A DNA stretch of 64,000 bases from Leucoraja erinacea (lineage: Eukaryota), in assembly GCF_028641065.1 (NCBI RefSeq), contig NW_026576883.1, positions 248,001-312,000 of the forward strand, read 5' to 3'. This document shows, piece by piece, positions 61,720 to 64,000 of the stretch; positions within the stretch are counted from its first letter, which is position 1, and the number at the start of each line of letters is the position of its first letter. Both the position numbers and the translations under genes were made by a program. The notes under the pieces were generated by a model. That model was not told the DNA's origin. It was given only the letters and a program-made list of their open reading frames with translations, and searched no databases.

Positions 61720-64000
61720 AGAAAAGAAGCGACCATTGCGCGGGAGCGCGAGCGTTGACAGTTGGTCTGGCGCAGGAGCGCGAGCGTCGACAGTTGGTCT
61801 GGCGCAGGAGCGCGAGCGTTGACAGTTGGTCTGGCCCAGGAGCGCGATCGTCGACAGTTGGTCGGGCCGGGGGCGGGAGCGTTGACAGTTGGTCTGGCGC
61901 AGGAGCGCGATCGTCTACAGTTGGTCGGGCCGGGGGCGGGAGCGTTGACAGTTGGTCTGGCGCAGGAGCGCGAGCGTCCACCGTGTGGTCTCGGGCCGGG
62001 AGCGCGAGCGTTGACAGTGTGGTCTCGGGCCGGGAGCGCGATCCACAGTGTGGTCTCGGGCCGCCCAGGAGTGATGGTCGACTGTTGAGGTAGGTGAATG
62101 AGCGAGGGTCAACAGCTGGACGACAGTCGTGTTGGGTGGGGGGCGGTTGACGGGCATTGAACAATTGATTGAGTGTACGGGCGGGAAAGGTCGGCAACAG
62201 TTCGATTTACAGGTTGATGGGCGCTGAGCGAAAGAGCGTCGACGGCGGGGGGAGACGGGATGTTTAACGGGCTGGAGAGTTGGGTCGGCGGGAGGTTAAC
62301 GGGCGACGACAAGTGGCGCCGGAGCGAGCACCATGCGGCTGCCCGCGCTGCTGGGTGGGGGGGGGGGGGGGGGGGGGGCTCGCGCGCTGTCACCGCCCAT
62401 CCCCCCATCGCCGGCCCCGGGCGCTGCCCCTTCCCGCCAAGTCCGGCGGCCGTTGAGAACGGAGGAGGATCATTGGCGTCTCCCTACCCTCGTTACAAGA
62501 ACTGTTCCAGAGCCGCTGTCTGGAAAAAAAACACGGAGAATAGCTGAGGACATAGAAACATAGAAAACAGGGTGCAGGAGTAGAGGACATTCGGCCCTTC
62601 GAGCCTGCACCGCCATTCAATATGATCATGGCTGATCATCCAACTCAGTATCCCGTACCTGCCTTCTCTCCATACCCCCTGATCCCTTTAGCCACATCTA
62701 ACTCCCTCTTAAATGTAGCCAATGAACTGTCCTCAACTACCTTCTCTGGCAGAGAATTTGGGGGGGGGGGGAGAGAGAGAGAGGGGGGGGGAGGAGGAGA
62801 GGGGGGGAATGCAGGGGGGAGGAGAAAAGAAGCCATTGCGCGGGGGAGCGCGCGTCCACAGTGTGGTCTGGGAGGGGGGGGAGCGCGATCGTCGACAGTT
62901 TGGTCGGGCCGGGGGCGGGAGCGCGCGTTGACAGTTGTGGTCTGGCGCAGGAGCGCGATCGTCGACAGTTGGTCTGGCCCAGGAGCGCGAGCGTTGACAG
63001 TTGGTCTGGCCCAGGAGCGCGATCGTCGACAGTTGGTCGGGCCGGGGGCGGGAGCGTTGACAGTTGGTCTGGCGCAGGAGCGCGATCGTCGACAGTTGGT
63101 CGGGCCGGGGGCGGGAGCGTTGACAGTTGGTCTGGCGCAGGAGCGCGAGCGTTGACAGTTGGTCTGGCGCAGGAGCGCGAGCGTTGACAGTTGGTCTGGC
63201 CGGAGCGCGAGCGTTGACAGTGTGGTCTCGGGCCGGGAGCGCGATCCACAGTGTGGTCTCGGGCCGCCCAAGAGTGATGGTCGACTGTTGAGGTAGGTGA
63301 ATGAGCGAGGGTCAACAGCTGGACGACAGTCGTGTTGGGTGGGGGGCGGTTGACGGGCATTGAACAATTGATTGAGTGTACGGGCGGGAAAGGTCGGCAA
63401 CAGTTCGATTTACAGGTTGATGGGCGCTGAGCGAAAGAGCGTCGACGGCGGGGGGAGACGGGATGTTTAACGGGCTGGACAGTTGGGTCGGCGGGAGGTT
63501 AACGGGCGACGACAAGTGGCGCCGGAGCGAGCACCATGCGGCTGCCCGCGCTACTGGGGGGGGGGGGGGGGGGGGGCGCGCGCTGTCACCGCCCATCCCC
63601 CCACCGCCGGCCCCGGGCGCTGCCCCTTCCCGCCAAGTCCGGCGGCCGTTGAGAACGGAGGAGGATCATTGGCGTCTCCCTACCCTCGGTACAAGAACTG
63701 TTCCAGAGCCGCTGGCTGGAAAAAAACACTGAGAATAGCTGAGGACATAGAAACATAGAAAACAGGAGCAGGAGTAGAGGACATTCGGCCCTTCGAGCCA
63801 GCACCGCCATTCAATATGATCATGGCTGATCATCCAACTCAGTATCACGTACCAGCCCTTCTCTCCATACCCCCTGAGGAGGAGAGGGGGGAGGAGGAGG
63901 GGGGGGGGGGAGGAGGGGGGGGGGAGGAGGAGAGGGGGGGGGGAGGAGGAGGAGAGGGGGGAGGAGGAGGGGGAGGAGGAGGAGAGGAGGGGGAGGAGGA
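61720..64000. repeat. ~1.2-kb composite tandem repeat (purine tract, minisatellite, GC-rich segment, CR1 tail); two units and the likely start of a third
   Basis: 62041-62690 matches 63244-63876 (offset ~1203); CR1 3' ends on the minus strand at 62550-62757 and 63745-63876. Confidence 0.88.
61740..62060. repeat. 31-32-bp CpG-rich minisatellite, ~10 units (second array 62840-63265)
   Basis: Unit ggagcgcgagcgttgacagttggtctggcgca; gacag recurs at 61757, 61789, 61821, 61853, 61884 and onward. Confidence 0.92.

Noticed and set aside
61740-62060. CRISPR-like array of ~32-bp repeats
   Set aside because: Repeats are directly adjacent with no unique spacers, there are no cas genes, and the context is vertebrate.
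62458-62476. ggaggatcattg resembles the 18S rRNA 3' end, and GTCGAC repeats resemble Pol I Sal boxes
   Set aside because: The match is only ~10 nt with no flanking rRNA homology, and the Sal-box consensus GGTCGACCAG is not met.
60907-63400. Long Pro/Arg/Gly-rich ORFs (228, 406 and 251 aa)
   Set aside because: They arise from low-complexity purine tracts and a stop-poor GC minisatellite that is open in several frames; no domain signal.

Overview
Eukaryotic (vertebrate) genomic DNA. The repeat content (CR1 3' ends with (TTTCTATG)n tails, V-SINE/HE1-type SINEs, Penelope, Rex1, Vingi) suggests a cartilaginous fish, probably a skate or ray; this is inference. The window is a tandem cluster of RING/B-box/coiled-coil/PRY-SPRY (B30.2) TRIM genes sharing a 6-coding-exon layout (411/96/234/23/119/530 nt, GT-AG introns read by eye). 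It holds three apparently intact 470-aa genes: B (+, 6840-13177), E (-, 30826-38885) and F (-, 53153-59691). Gene D (-, 18825-24609) has a frameshifting lesion at its last exon. Gene A runs off the left edge. There is also a deleted SPRY remnant and an orphan 5' flank with no coding exon. Introns and intergenic DNA are packed with often nested transposons, including a near full-length Nimb/I-clade LINE and a BEL/Pao pol fragment. Most notable: (1) PRY-SPRY loops are hypervariable on a near-identical framework, and the paralogs look mosaic; (2) ultra-short (9-42 bp) CAAAGATC-ended palindromic insertions with 8-bp target duplications recur independently in TRIM 5' regions; (3) a hammerhead-ribozyme-like core lies upstream of several TRIM start codons; (4) a phased CCAAT array; (5) a CpG-rich ~1.2-kb composite tandem repeat at the right end. 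All coordinates were read manually and no database searches were run.
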